NCBI RefSeq assembly: GCF_009914755.1
Contig: NC_060946.1
Direction: 5' to 3' (one strand)
Length of the DNA stretch: 64,000 nt
Source: the human T2T-CHM13v2.0 reference genome, Homo sapiens
Shown: piece by piece, positions 15,305-34,043 of the stretch
Position numbering within the stretch: position 1 is the stretch's first letter
Layout: each line of letters opens with the position of its first letter
Made by a program: the position numbers and the translations under genes
Notes under the pieces: generated by a model
What the model was told of the DNA's origin: nothing
Databases searched by the model: none
The model's input: the letters and a program-made list of their open reading frames with translations, nothing else

Positions 15305-15989
15305 TGGGTGCAGTGGGATACCTGGCTCCTTTGTCTGCCCCCGAAGGCCCTTGTCTCTGTGCTATGGGGCTAGGCCCTCCCATGACCCCCACGTTTCCCC
15401 AACCCTATGGAGTGTGTCTAAGGAAGCAGGTGGAATTGGCCTGGCTCCCCCAGTCTGGGACCTAGAGCAGAGCCCGGGGAGCCAGGGCTGCCCTCGCTGG
15501 GGATGCCAGCATTCTTGGGAATGCAGCTTAGGGGGTGGCCCACTCACCTGCCTATGCCCTTACCTGGGGCCAGCCTCCTGCCTTCCTGCTGACCGTGTCT
15601 CCTTCCTTGCCCTGGCTCCTCCCCACCGCCCCACGTGCCCCACCCCCATCCTCACTGGGCCCCACTGGCGCCTCCCTGCTTTCCAGGTTGAGATTGGTGG
15701 GCTGGCTCAGTCCGGTGCGATGGTCGGAGGCATTTGCCGGGTGACGCTGGCTCGGAGGGGCTCTGCCCCCTCCTTTGTCTGCCCTCCCCTCCCCAGCCCA
15801 GGGCTCCCTGGCTCCCCGGGCTCTGCTCTAGGCCCCAGACTGGGGGAGCCAGGCCAATTCCACCTGCTTCCTTAGACACACTCCATAGGGTTGGGGAAAC
15901 GTGGGGGTCATGGGAGGGCCTAGCCCCATGACACAGAGACGAGGGCCTTCAGGGGGCAGACGAAGGAGCCAGGTATCCTACTGCACCCA
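15305..15989. repeat. Long non-Alu inverted repeat: arms ~15305-15503 and ~15790-15989, spacer ~285 bp
   Basis: The arms are reverse complements over ~200 bp, e.g. ccccaaccctatggagtgtgtctaaggaagcaggtggaattggcctggctccccc vs gggggagccaggccaattccacctgcttccttagacacactccatagggttgggg. Confidence 0.95.
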
Positions 15990-17377
15990 GAGCTCTGGTG
16001 TGGCGGAATCGCTGGTGGGGTCTCAGCTTCTCAGGGCGACTGGCTGCTGTCCCTGCTGGGACATGAGTTGGGGGGAACCCCTACCTGTCTGCTGGGGAAA
16101 GCGGCCCTGGGGTGAGCCTGGCCTGAGCAGTGACAGCCTGCAGGGTCCTCTGTCTTCCTGCCCTGCAGCTGACAAGGAGGGAGCTGAGGCCCTGCAGCTC
16201 TGAGGGCACTTGGGACCTGGATGGGCAGAGGTAGAAAGGTGTGTGTAGACCTTGGCCCCTGGGTGGGGAGTTTGGCGTTTAAAAGTCTGAAGCAACACCC
16301 ACACCCCGTCTGTGTCCCAGAACCCACCCTCTTACCCGGGAAGAACCGGACCGTAACTACCCTGTGATGCTGGACAAAGCCCGTGCTGATGGTCGCCTAC
16401 TTCCTCGCATGCTTTCTCAGCCCACTCTGCGCCCAGTGGCTCTTGTTTGCCACAGAACCCTGATGAAGTGGATTATCCCCTGCCCTGGGGGAATGCTCAG
16501 CTGACAACAGGAGTGGACCCTGTGAGAGTGGAGGCCCCTGTGATCTGTGGAGCGTGTGTGCCCGCTGGGCTGTGATGAGCCAGTGATCTGGGGCTCCGGA
16601 GTAGAAGGTGACATTGTGTCCCCAGCCACTGCTGGACCCCAGCAAGGTGTGTGAATCATTTCACACATTCTCCACCCAAGAAGTGAAACTGTCAGGTTTA
16701 AGTGTGTGGGGGTGGGAAGGGGAAGTCTGTTCCAAAAGCCCAGCCGTCCGGAGTGACACTGGGCCATCAGCTCTGGGAGGCGGAGGCCGTTTGGGGTCCT
16801 GTTCCGGCTTCAGTGCCCAGGTTCGTGTCTTCTGCTTGCTTTCTGTAGCCCTTCTCTTCCAACTAGGGGGATAGTCAGGGTCTGACAAAGGCTTGAGGGG
16901 GAGGGCCTCCACCAGCAGCATACCTGGCAGGCAGCCCAGGCCGGGGCGGGGGGCCAGTGGGCTGGATGGGGGTCAGTGGGCAAGGCTCCGTCCTGTCCTG
17001 TCCTGTCCTGTCCTGTGGGAGAAGCCTAGGCAGGCACACTCAGCCAACCCCAGCTCGGGAGGGAGGGACCCAGAGGCACTGGCCCGAGGTAGGGTTGAAA
17101 CAGGTGGAACTGACTGGTGGTCGTTGCTGGCCCCTGGAGCCTGACCTGCCTAACAGTGGAGGTGGCAGATGTTTGGTGGAGAGGAAGTGAAACAGGCGTG
17201 TGCGCCAGAAGCCCGGGCGTCGGGGTGGGGCCGCGGGAGGATGGTACAGGGCTCCTGATCCTCCCCGTCTGGGCAGACGCACTCACATCACAGGTTGGCA
17301 AAAGGCCTGAGGGTCCAGGGGGCCAGGGCCTGGTCAGGAGGGGCACAGGCGGGGAGGGAGTGGGTGGTGTCTACTTG

Positions 17378-17495
17378 GCTCTAGATGTCGGGTTTAGAGA
17401 GAGACTCTGGGACAGCCCCAGCCCTGGTGGAGCCCCATGGAGCCGCCTTCGGGGGCTCTGTCCCAGAGTCTCTCTCTAAACCGGACATCTAGAGC
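17378..17495. repeat. Short inverted repeat / hairpin: 38-bp arms, 42-nt loop
   Basis: gctctagatgtcgggtttagagagagactctgggacag (17378-17415) pairs at 37/38 positions with ctgtcccagagtctctctctaaaccggacatctagagc (17458-17495). Confidence 0.95.
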
Positions 17496-18591
17496 TGTGA
17501 CTCAGGATAGGCAGGCCCTGGGGGGTCACCCCCAGCCACCCCATCTGCTGTCAGAACCTAGGAGCATGGGAGAAGCCAGGTAACCCCAGTGACTGCCCAG
17601 CGTCCCCCACAACCCGATGGATGAGGAGCCAGTAGGTCAGGAGGGGCAGAGCTGAGGTCAGCACACCTCCGTCCCTGTCTGGCTGTCCGTCTTCCATCCC
17701 TCCAGGCAGCACCACGCAAAGGCAGGGAGGTGGCAGGCCTGCTGAGCTCTGTGGATGCGGGGCAGACCCAGCTGGCTTGTTGGAGCACCCTCCCCGGGCG
17801 AGTGCTGTTCATATTGGTATCTGCGGAGTGGGTCAAACCACTACAGAGGGCAAGAGGGGAGCTGTGGCCTCTGGCCAGCCACGTTCTAAGCTTTTACAAG
17901 GCCCCACCCCGTCCCTCGCAGTCTTAGCCATCAGCTGCCTTTGGAGAATGAGCGATCTGAAGATGTTCCTGGCTGGGGGGCAGGGGTGGCCAGTGCTCCT
18001 GGAGCTGCGGGGTGCCCACCCTTTCGTCCGTCCTCCTTCCCCGGCCTGATCCAGGAGCCCCAGCACCGCCCTCTCCATCCCCCGGGGTCCTTAGGCTTCC
18101 CTGACACAGGTCTCAGGAGGGCATGTGACACTGGCGTCGGTCCGGGCTGGGCAGAGCCTGGATGTGGCCCAGGCTGGGCTGGAGCCGAAGCCTTTCTTCT
18201 CAGGTCCTGTCATAGCTGTGGGGCCTGGGGCTGGTGACCCAGCCTCTGCCAGCGTCCCCCCACCCCCTCCCACAGTAAGGTTGGTGACAGCAGAGTTCTC
18301 GTAAACATTTGAGATGTCCTGTGCTGGCCCGTGGCAGTGCAACCACAGCTCGTAACTGTGGCGCTGGGCAGAGGGCTGGGTACGCAGCAGGTGCTTCGTC
18401 AGTACTGATGGGAGAAGCAGGGACGGCAGGGGGCGGGGGGACCTGGATGGGCGACACTCCCCAGCCTGCTGGTGCTCCAGGGAGAACCTTTTCAGAGCTG
18501 GGAGACCCTGGCTCAATATCCTTGTCCCTCCAGTCGCTGCTGCCTTCCCGAAAGCCCTGGAGCCTTGTTAAAGAGGGCAGCCCTGGCTCTT

Positions 18592-18754
18592 GGGGGGAGT
18601 CCTGGGTTTGGGGGCGGCTCTGATATGGGGGAGCCGTGGGTGTGGGGGCAGCTCTGATATGTGGGGGAGCCCTGGGTGTAGGGGCAGCTCTGATATGTGG
18701 GGGAGTCCTGGGTGTGGGGGCAGCTCTGATATGGGGGAGCCGTGGGTGTGAGGG
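18592..18754 (+). repeat. G-rich minisatellite, 34-36 bp unit, ~4.5 copies
   Basis: Unit gggggagccctgggtgtgggggcagctctgatat(gt). Confidence 0.9.
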
Positions 18755-20123
18755 CTGTGCCTCACGTGGCCCGAGGGCAGATGGCCCAGTGTGGGGCTGG
18801 GCTGTTTGGGGGGATGGGGAGGGCTGCCCAGGGAGAAGGTGAGTGGGTGGCCCTATTATCTGAAGACCTGCTGGGGCCAGGGGATGTGGGGGGTGGCTGC
18901 CACCTCTGCAGTGACCCTGGAAGGGCCCATGCTGCCCCTGCTTTGCAGGTGAGTAAGCGGGTGTCTGAGAGTTCCCAGCTCTGCCTGCAGGGCCCATGCC
19001 CTGTGGCTACCCCCCAGTCCCGCTCTGTTTGCTTTATTTAAGTATTTTGGAAGATCACTCCTCAGCCTCATGGGGTGGATCCTTAACTCTTCTGGCCCAG
19101 CCCACTCCTCAGGTTTCTAGGTGACCCACCTGCTTTGTGTGCACCCTGAGGCCTGCTGCACTGCCAGGACCTCAGCCCCTGCCCTGCTCCCCAGCAGCCT
19201 GACTGCCTCCCCTCCCTCAGCCCCTCAGAGAGGCCTCCTGTCAACACCCTTTCTGCAGCTTTCTCCCTACCCCTTCAGCCAGCTCCCCTCGTGGCCCTCC
19301 CTGCTGCCTGGTTCCTGCGGCATGTATTGGTGGGGAGGCCGTGTCGCCTCCTGTAACTCCCACGACAGTCTTGCAGGATGGGTCCTGGCCTGGTTGGGAG
19401 CCCTGAGTCTGGTTGATTCCTGCCCACTGTTGGCCCGGGTGGGCAGAGCCGTGGCAGTCAGGAGAGCCTTGGCCTGGGGGGCCAGAGCCCTGCCCCCACA
19501 TCTACACCAGCTACTGGGCCGCCTGGACAGCCCTGTGCCCTGCGTGCCTCCTGCGTCCAGAGGGGCCGAGCTGGGAGTCTGACTGTGACAGCTCTGGGGC
19601 CACATGGATGGCCCTCGGCCTGATTCCTCTTGGTGGGAGGCTTTGATTGGGAAGCTGGGGGAAGATGGCTGGTGGGTGGGGTTCGGGAGTACTGGGGACC
19701 TCTCCCAGTGCCCTTCCTCCAGCCAGTCCTTGGCAGAGAGCTGAGAACGTGCCGGGGATGGGTGAGCGCTCCACTAACCCTGAGGGCTGGGATTGGCCAG
19801 GAGCACGTCCCAAGGAGGAGGTGACCTGGGCCACTGTGTGTGTGACCAGGCCTGGGCTGCTGCCGTTAACACCCAGTCAGCTGGTGTCTGCCGGTTGCTC
19901 GTGACTGGCCTGGTTTGGTGGCCTGGTAGAGGGGAATGGGAGGGGAGAAACCCGGGCTGGGCCCAGGTGAGTGTCAACAGGGGAGGGAGAGAGCAGCAGA
20001 GGTCCCGCCAGGGCGTGCTTGGGTGAGGGGAAGAGGAGCTCAGAGAGATTGGGGGAGAGTCCACAGTGTTGTCTGAGGACAGCTAAGGACGATGGACACT
20101 ACTAGTTTATAAAAACAGCCAGA

Positions 20124-21816
20124 GGCCGGGCACACTGGCTCATGCCTGTAATCCCAACACTTTGGGAGGCCGAGGCAGGTGGATTGTCTGTGGTCAGGAG
20201 TCTGAGACCAGCCTGGCCAAGATGGTGAAACTCTGTCTCTACTAAAAATACAAAAATTAGCCAGCATGGTGGTGGGTGCCTGTAATCCCAGCTACTCAGG
20301 AGGCTGTGGGATGAAAATTGCACGAACCTGGGAGGCGGAGATTGCAGTAAGCCAAGATCGTGCCACCGGACTCCAGCCTGGGTGATAGAGCAAGACTCTG
20401 TCTAAAAAGAAAAAGAAAAAGAAAAAAAAAACAAACAAACCCAAAAAACAGCCAGAGAAGGCAAGAGCCCTGGAATGGCCTAAGGTGGGAAACTGCTGCC
20501 CACTCAGCCGCGGGGTCCAGTGTGTGATAGTGAAATCTCTCTTTATCTTAAATTCTCTCTTCAGGGACTTAAACAGAAATTAACAGGGCTGGGTGCAGTG
20601 GCTCATGCCTGTAGTCCCAGCACTTTGAGAGGCTGAGAGGGGGAGGATTGCGTGAGCTCAGGAGTTTGAGAACGGCCTGGGCAACATAGTGAGACTCCAT
20701 CTCTACTAAAAATAAAAAATTAGCTGGGTGTGGTGGTGCATGTCGTAGTCCCAGCTCCTTGGGAGGCTGAGGTGGGAGTTGGGGTTTGTTGTTTTGGACA
20801 GATTTACCAAATTCATTTGGACGACGTTACTGAAGCTCCATGAGGCAGAGGCTAACGGACATTGCTGAAGTCCTAGGTTGCATCCCTCATAAAGGCCACC
20901 CCCGGGCCGTGCACGGTGCCTCACGCCTGTAATCCCAGCACTTTGGGAGGCTGAGGCAGGTGGAATACCAGAGGTCAGTAGTTGGAGACCAGTCTGGCCA
21001 ACATGGCAAAACCCTGTCTCTACTAAAAATAAAAATTAGCCGGGTGTGGTGGTGGGCGCCTGTAATCTCAGCTACTCTGGAGGTTGAGGCACGAGAATCG
21101 TTTGAACTCGGGAGACGGAGGTTGCAGTGAGCCAAGATCAAGCCACTGCACTCCAGCCTGGGTGACAGAGCGAGACTCTGTCTCAAAAAAAAAAAAAAAA
21201 AAAAAACCCAGAAAGGCCAACCCCCGCACCCCTCAGCCCCCGCACCCCTCAGTTAGCCATGCCCAGGGACAGTCAGAAAGCATCTGTGATATCAGTGGGA
21301 CATTGGGGCCCAGCCCAGGACTGGTGTGTCCCCTCCTGTGCCTGCAGGCTTGACACAGCAAGGCCCTCCCTCTCGCCCCCAAGTCCCCACACTTGTCAAG
21401 GGCATCACGGCACATTCCAGGAAAGTTGGTTGATGTCACGGGAGTCAAGACCCCATCCTGACGCCCAGCTCAGCAGGGCCACCGGGGCTCAGGTTAGGTG
21501 GTGCCATAGTTGGGGGACAGTCCCCATAGGGTTGCGCCCCCAGAGTGCCCTAGGGAATGAGGCCCACTGCTACTGCCACCAGCCCAGCTGGCATAATTGA
21601 TAAATAAGTGTGGTTCTTTTAAGTTGGGCAAGTGTGTATTTTTAAATAACTGACTGCTTAATTGTACGATTAAAAACAGCAGAGCTGGGTGCAGGGGTGC
21701 GTGTCTGTGGTCCCAGCTCCTTGGGAGGCTAAGGCGGGAGGATCCATAGAGCCCAGGAGTTTGAAGCCAGCCTGGGAAACATAGGGAGGAGGCCCTGTTT
21801 CCAAAAAAAAAAAAAA
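20124..21816 (+). mobile_element. Plus-strand Alu cluster: 20124-20430, partial 20587-20740, 20905-21206, monomer 21684-21816
   Basis: Alu consensus segments with A tails. Confidence 0.85.
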
Positions 21817-23001
21817 GGATGAAGTGGGCTGTTAGCACTGAGTCATGGCGAGCAAGGTGAAGAAGCCCCACTGTGGCTGTGTGGTGAACTCAGTCATTCA
21901 CAGCCGGGAGGGGCTCGATTCAGTTACTTTCCTGAATGTTTTCACTGTTCCGACTGCACCAGGGAGGAACCACATCCTCTACGCCTGCAGAAGCAAAATT
22001 TCTCTCCCGAGAGTCTTGGAATTCTGCGGCCCACATGTATGGTGACCAGCTCTGCAAGGGGCTTTAAAAACCCCAGTGTCGGCTGATTTGTTGGCTGACA
22101 CCGCACCCGGCACCTCCAGGATGTGGCCGGCATCGTGGAGGGGCTGCTGGCTGCCTGCCTTGCTTTCAGTTCCACATGGAGACAATGACTCTGCTGCACT
22201 GAGTTTCAAGAATTTTGGCAATAAAAAGAGCCTATATGACCTATTTATGAAGTATTCCAGAATCACTTACATGAATATTTTGTCCTAAATTCTGTATAAT
22301 TAGAAGATATAAACCCCACATTGTGATTATTTTTGTTCACCAACATAACCTAAATTAGAACTCTCCATGCGGGCTTTCAGAAAAGAAAGCATTTGAACAA
22401 AAACATAAAAGGAATTGGTTTTATCCACACCGTTCTCAAATACTTGAGAGTAACGTGTTTGCTTAAGTAACATCGATATCTTGTTTACTGTTATTTGATT
22501 TGCAGACCTTTCCTCTTTACCAGTACCAGTAGCAGAAAGGTAAATTGTACTGAAACGTTTAAAAAGTCGTAAGTTCTGACTTTGAGGCCTGATGAACCAT
22601 CACGGGATTCTCCCCTGCCTGGTTCCTTTTCCCCGGAACCTCACATCAAGCAGAAGCTTCCTTGCGGGCGGCCCTTGTTGCAGGCGGTCTTGGCGAGAGA
22701 CATCCCCATTTCTGCAGCTGGACGGGGAAAGGGACGTTGTTGTTCTTGGCCATTTGGCAGGTGTTCTCTGACTGCCTCTTCTCCGCTGGGCCTGCCGCAC
22801 AGGGAGGGCAGGTGGGACCGCCCCCCAACCCCTGCCGCAGGGCCTACCGAGAGTCCCATGGCGGGCGGGCAGAGGTGGGCTAGTGTTGCATTAAGTGACT
22901 TCCCGTAGCAGGCTGTTCAGTGCTGGGGCAGCCTTCTAAGGGAGGAGGCTTGTGGGCTGAGACCTCTTCCCTTTTTCATCATTTGGGCTTCCGGGGCATA
23001 G

Positions 23002-23379
<378 letters not shown>

Positions 23380-25897
23380 ATATTTTCGTTATTTTTAATA
23401 ATGTAATGGGAACCTCTGGGCTCACCGTCAAGCAGAAGCCAGCCTTGATACCCAGCATCCTGCCAGCCCCTCCCCAGCATCCTGCCAGCCCCACCCCAGC
23501 ATCCCGCCAGCCCCTCCCCAGCTGCCCCACGCCCGGCTCCTGCCCCAGCTCTGTGTGTCCTGTGCTCTCCCTTCCCCACCACCCTATGCACACCTTTCTC
23601 TGCCTGGGTCCACACTGTCACCTGCTGTAGCTCTACCCACAGGCCATACCTGCCTGGTGGGCCCCTCCTCCCTGCCCCTGTTTTTGTGGAAGGACAGGTG
23701 GAAGTGGGCGGGTGGGGTGGGTATGGTGGGTGATGATAAAGAGCATTCTAGGCCAGGGCAGGAATGCAAGCACATGGGTGTGAGGGGCCAGGTGTGTTCA
23801 GGGATCCTTGGCACTTGTGGGGTGGCGGGAGCACTGGCCAGAGGAGGGCTGGGGTAGGGGGAGGCTCCTGGCCCTCTGGGGGGCCCTTGGTAGAGGAAGG
23901 GGCATTGCTTGTGTGGGTGGTGAGGGACCTCTGGTTGGGTGGGGGGGGGTTAGGTGTTTTAGGAGGCTTTGGGTACAGAGATGTCCAGGGGTAAAGTGGA
24001 GCTTGGTCTCAGGACAGTTGGCCCTGGCATCTGTCCTGCCCTGGGGGGCTAGGAGGGCCGGACTGGAGATGGAGGCTGGGGCTGTCCTGGTCCCAGGTGA
24101 GGTGGCATCTCCTAGGAGGGAGGAGAGGGTTGGTGCCCTGCAAACCCTGGGGGAGGGGCAGCACGGGGAGCTGGGGTTGGGGGTGAGGAGGGGCGCCCCA
24201 CATGTTCTGAAGCGCTCTGGAGTGGCTCCAGCCCGGCCAGCACTAAGTTTTGCTGTCTGTGGTTTGCTGTGCCTGTGTCCGCTGCTGGTAACCAGTGCAT
24301 CGGGACTTGGGCTTTCTGACTGCACCAGGTTTGTTTCTGCTGCTCTGAGTGCGGTGCCCAGTCACCGAGGTACCTGTCGTTCCCGCCTCCTGTGGACTGC
24401 GTGGCCTGGCGTCGAGGCAAAGCAGCAGGAAAGTTGGGTCCGCATCCCAGCCCCAAATGCGGCCCGGGGGGAGAGTGTGCCTTTCCCCTGGAGACACACA
24501 GGGTGGGGGAAGTGAAGTCAGTGGCAGGCACCCAAGAGGGGCACGTTTTCAATCCCAGGGTGGGCGTGGGTACTAACTACAGGTAGAGACCATGCGACGC
24601 AGCGGGTCTGCACGCCTCAGGGTTCTGGAACAATCCAGACGGGGACATGGGGGAGATTGGCCACTGGGACTGGTGTTTCACTTGGCTGCCTCTGGACATA
24701 GTGTCTCTTCCGACTTTATTTTCCTGGGTTGTGAATCTCCCTTTTATGCCACAAAGGTCCCCCACCCAAGGGACTCTCATCCTGCAGCCCATGGGCCTGG
24801 CCCTGTGTCTGGAAAGGGGAGGTGGCGCCCTGATGTTCTGGGCCTGGTGGTCAGTACAGGCACGGAGGTGCAGGGGTAGAGGATTCCACATTTTGAGAGA
24901 AAAACAGGCGCCCCTCAAGGCAGCTCAGGCCTAGGTGAGGTTGGCTTTGGGCACACCCATGGGAGGCCCCTCTTCCTGCCCTGAACCCTCTGAGCGCCAC
25001 CCCTCCCACCCAGCCACCAGAACAGCCTTTCCAGCTGCCCCTCCAAGTCATCGCAGGGACCCCTGCGGCCGGTCAGGGGGCCAAGATGGGAACACCCAGA
25101 GAACCACAAGCCCAGGCCACACAGGCAGGTGACTGCATGGGCAGGTGAGCACCCCATCTGACAGGTGCCAGGGTGATACACGACTTGTCCAGATCCCCGG
25201 CCTTAACACCCAGTGCTGTTTCTGTACCCTGGCCACCTTCCCAGCTTACCCAGGGAGGCTGAGGAGTGGGTGCACAGGAGGAGTGGGAGCTGGCCGAGGG
25301 GCTTGCAGAGGGTCAGAAAGAATCTGCTATCCTGGTGGGACAAGCACCCAGACCCTGGATGCTCTCCGTGCTGGAAGCGTTGCTTCAGTGCATTAGGATG
25401 GGTTCACTTTCTCGTAATTCACTCTGAGGACACGTTGTTGGAATCATTGTGCATAGTTCTGGATCAGCACCATGACGGGAGGTCAGAGGGCTGCCTGGCG
25501 CAGTTTCTCTGCTGCCTGGATTGACCATGAGGACAAGGACTAGCTGTGCCCAGCCCCCTGCTTCCCGTGGATAGGGACTCTGGCTGCTGGCTCGTGCCAT
25601 CGGGGCTGGAGTCTTAACTGGTGAAATCACATTTATGAGGCTGATAGCCATCAGTTTCCACAGACGTAAGTGTGGCCAGGATGACAGATGTCCCTGGCGG
25701 CCCTTTCTGCAGGGTCCTGCAGGGACTCCAGGGCCATCTGGCCACAGTCCCGAAGTCTTTGTCACCATCCCTCTGTGGGTGGGTGCTGGTGCCTCCTGGG
25801 CTGTTGAGTGCTTGGCAAGGGGCTCGAATGGCCTTTCTCTTCTCAGTTGAACCAGTTGATAGAATCCTGTTTCCTTTTGGAATTTAGAGATTAGCCT

Positions 25898-28998
<3,101 letters not shown>

Positions 28999-30059
28999 TG
29001 AGAATTAAAATTACCTAGTGAAAAATTACCTAGCAACCTGCATTTAATGTATTAGCTCCATTCTCTGAAATGAGCATCTTGGTTCTGTCTGGAAGATGGA
29101 GATTGAAATGTTTCCACAAGTCAGCACCATCGAACATGATGGCCCCACATGCCTACGAGTTCCATGGTCGCCGTCGCTGGAGCAAAGGCGTGTTGTGAGG
29201 TGTGACTGCTTTTGCAGAAAAGTGACCATCGGAAGGCTTTCCCCACGTGGGGACTCCTTAGTCCTGAGTCAGTGAGAATCCCAGGTGTGTCTCACCACCA
29301 GCGGCACCTTCTCCCTGTAGGACTGTCTGTCGAGTGGCTGACTGTGAATCTCATCTGACCTTAAGGCCACCAGGAAGCTTGCTGGTTATTTGTCAAAGGG
29401 TCCTGCAGAGAGTGGAAGAGTCCTTTAGTCATAAAAGGATTCTTCCTGAGGTGTCTGTCTTGGGAATCGACTGTTTTATGCCTCGATTTTTAAAGGCTGG
29501 TGACACCTGTGCCCTTCTGTGAGAGAATCACCTGCCTGTGACCAGTGCCCGCAGCTGTCACCTGGAGCTGTCACCCTGTTCCAGTGGTGGGATGTGGGCC
29601 ACTGCTGAGGGTCTCCTAAAGCCCCATCAGAGAGAGCGTGCAAAATGGAAAGGGCCCCCACAGATTTGCTTAAGCAGAGGGGGGCTTTGCCAGCTTGGGG
29701 CCAGGGGCCTGCGGTATGGAGCTGCTTGGGGTGCTCTGGCTGGGTCGCTGGTCTCCCCTTCTTCTGACGTGGTGCTTTTTCACCCTCCACGCCTCCTTCT
29801 GCTTCCCTTGTGGCTTCATTCCCGTGATGAGGCAGAGCATGTGATTGGCAGCCCCTCACCATGGGATGGGTAATTCCCCGTGGAGAGCAGGGTCCTTACC
29901 AAAAGAGGGACAGGGATGCTGAGTGGGGGAAGCACAGACAGTGCACAGGCAGGCATGGAGGAGACAGCGGAGCAAGGCGGCAGGTGCGTCCTGTACACTC
30001 AGGTGCTAAGCCCCGGTCGCAGAGCCCCTTACAGCCTCAAGCGATGGAGGACACTGGCG

Positions 30060-30762
30060 AGTCTTTGTGCATGTGGGGTGTATTCATTGCCACTCGCTAT
30101 TAGAAATCAAAACTAAGAAATTTAAAAAGATTTATTAATTTACTGAAATATGCAACTATAAATCTATTACATGTTAACATAAATAACATGTCTTTCTTTA
30201 AAAAGAAATCACTACTTGGGGCCAGGTGCAGTGGCTCATGCCTGTAATCCCAGCACTTTGGGAGGCCAAGGCAGGCGGATCACAAGGTCAGGAGTTCAAG
30301 ACCAGCTTGGCCAATATGGTGAAATCCCGTCTCTACTAAAAATGCAAAAATTAGCCAGACATGGTGGCAGGTGCCTATAGTCCCAGCTACTCGGGAGACT
30401 GGGGCAGGAGAATCACTTTAACCTGGGAGGCGGAGGTTGCAGCCAGCTGAGATTGCACCACTGCACTCCAGCCTGGGTGACAGAGCGAGACTCTGTCTCA
30501 AAGAAAAAAAAAATCACTACTTAAAAAAAGAATTAGTGAAGAGGGGTGCCGACATTTTGTAGCTCTCCTCGGGGTGTGATTTGTCAGGAGACAGCTTGTC
30601 TTCTGTGACCCGTCGGCCGCCGGGTCACACCGTGCAGCTGCCAGGGGGCAAGTGTGGGAAAGGCAAGCAGCATTTTAGGATTATCACTGGAATAGTTTCG
30701 ACCTTGTGGGTCCTCAGAAAGGAATCCCCAGGGTCCCTGGGCCACACTTTGAGAACCTCTGG
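30060..30762. mobile_element. hAT-Charlie (Charlie1-like) DNA transposon relic, interrupted by an Alu (30219-30513, +)
   Basis: AT-rich attacatgttaacataaataacat and terminal gggtccctgggccacactttgagaacctctg resemble Charlie1 sequence. Confidence 0.55.
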
Positions 30763-30872
30763 TTTAGGTCTTAGGCAAGATTCTCTGCCATGTGAATTAG
30801 GGTGTTTTGGGTTTTTTGTTTTTATTTTAATTTTTATTTTATTAAAATTTTTAATTTAATTTAAAAATCAGA

Positions 30873-33178
<2,306 letters not shown>

Positions 33179-34043
33179 TCGGCCTCTTCTCTTTTATTGT
33201 GTTCCTCATCTCGCTGTGACAGACCTCGTCCAGTCCCAGGGTTATGGGTGCCCCTCCAGGGCCACCTTTGCTACATGAATGCTTTCCTTGTTCTGCATTC
33301 AAACCTTTGGTCTAATCTGAATTTATTTTGGGAAGGTGTGAGGTGCAGAGCCAGCCTTATCTTTTTCTAGGTAGCTTCCTAGATGTCCCAACGTGATTGG
33401 TGGAGTGAGTTATCTCACACCCTCCTATTAAAATGCCTCTGATCACAATTGGGTCTGAGTCTGTTTTTGTACCTTCTCGTGGCTCTGTTTTCTGTTCATG
33501 CGCCGTTAACATGCTTTGAACTCCGCTGCTGCCCCATTGCGTTTGCGTGGCGGGGCTGGCCTCCCCCCGTCAGTCTGGCTTTTCAGAATTTTCCTGGCTA
33601 TTTGGCTTGTTTATTTTTCCCTATAAACCTTAGATCCAGATTGTCTTGGTTCTTCTAAAATCTGTTGTTTTTCTTTTAAGGGAAATTACATTCAATTTGT
33701 AGATTTTCAAAGAGAGGATCGGTTTTCTCTCTCTCTCTCTGTATAAATTGTGGTAAAATAGACATAACACAATGTACCGTCTTAACCATTTCGGAGTGTG
33801 TCATTTACTGGCGTTAAAGCACATTCACACTGTTCTGCAACCGTCACTACCATTCATCCCCAGAACATCTGATCTTCCCCAACCGAAACTCCGCACCCAC
33901 AAAGCACTGACTCTCCAGAGCCTCTCCCCACCCCCGACACCTCCCAATCCACTTCCTGTCTCTGTGCATTTGACTCCTCTGGGGACTGCAGATAAGTGGA
34001 ATCTCACAGTGTCTATCTATGACTTCCTCCTTTCACAAAGCAG

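Noticed and set aside
16360-16600. Possible C/D-box snoRNA motifs (GTGATGA, CTGA)
   Set aside because: No properly spaced C and D box pair with a terminal stem.
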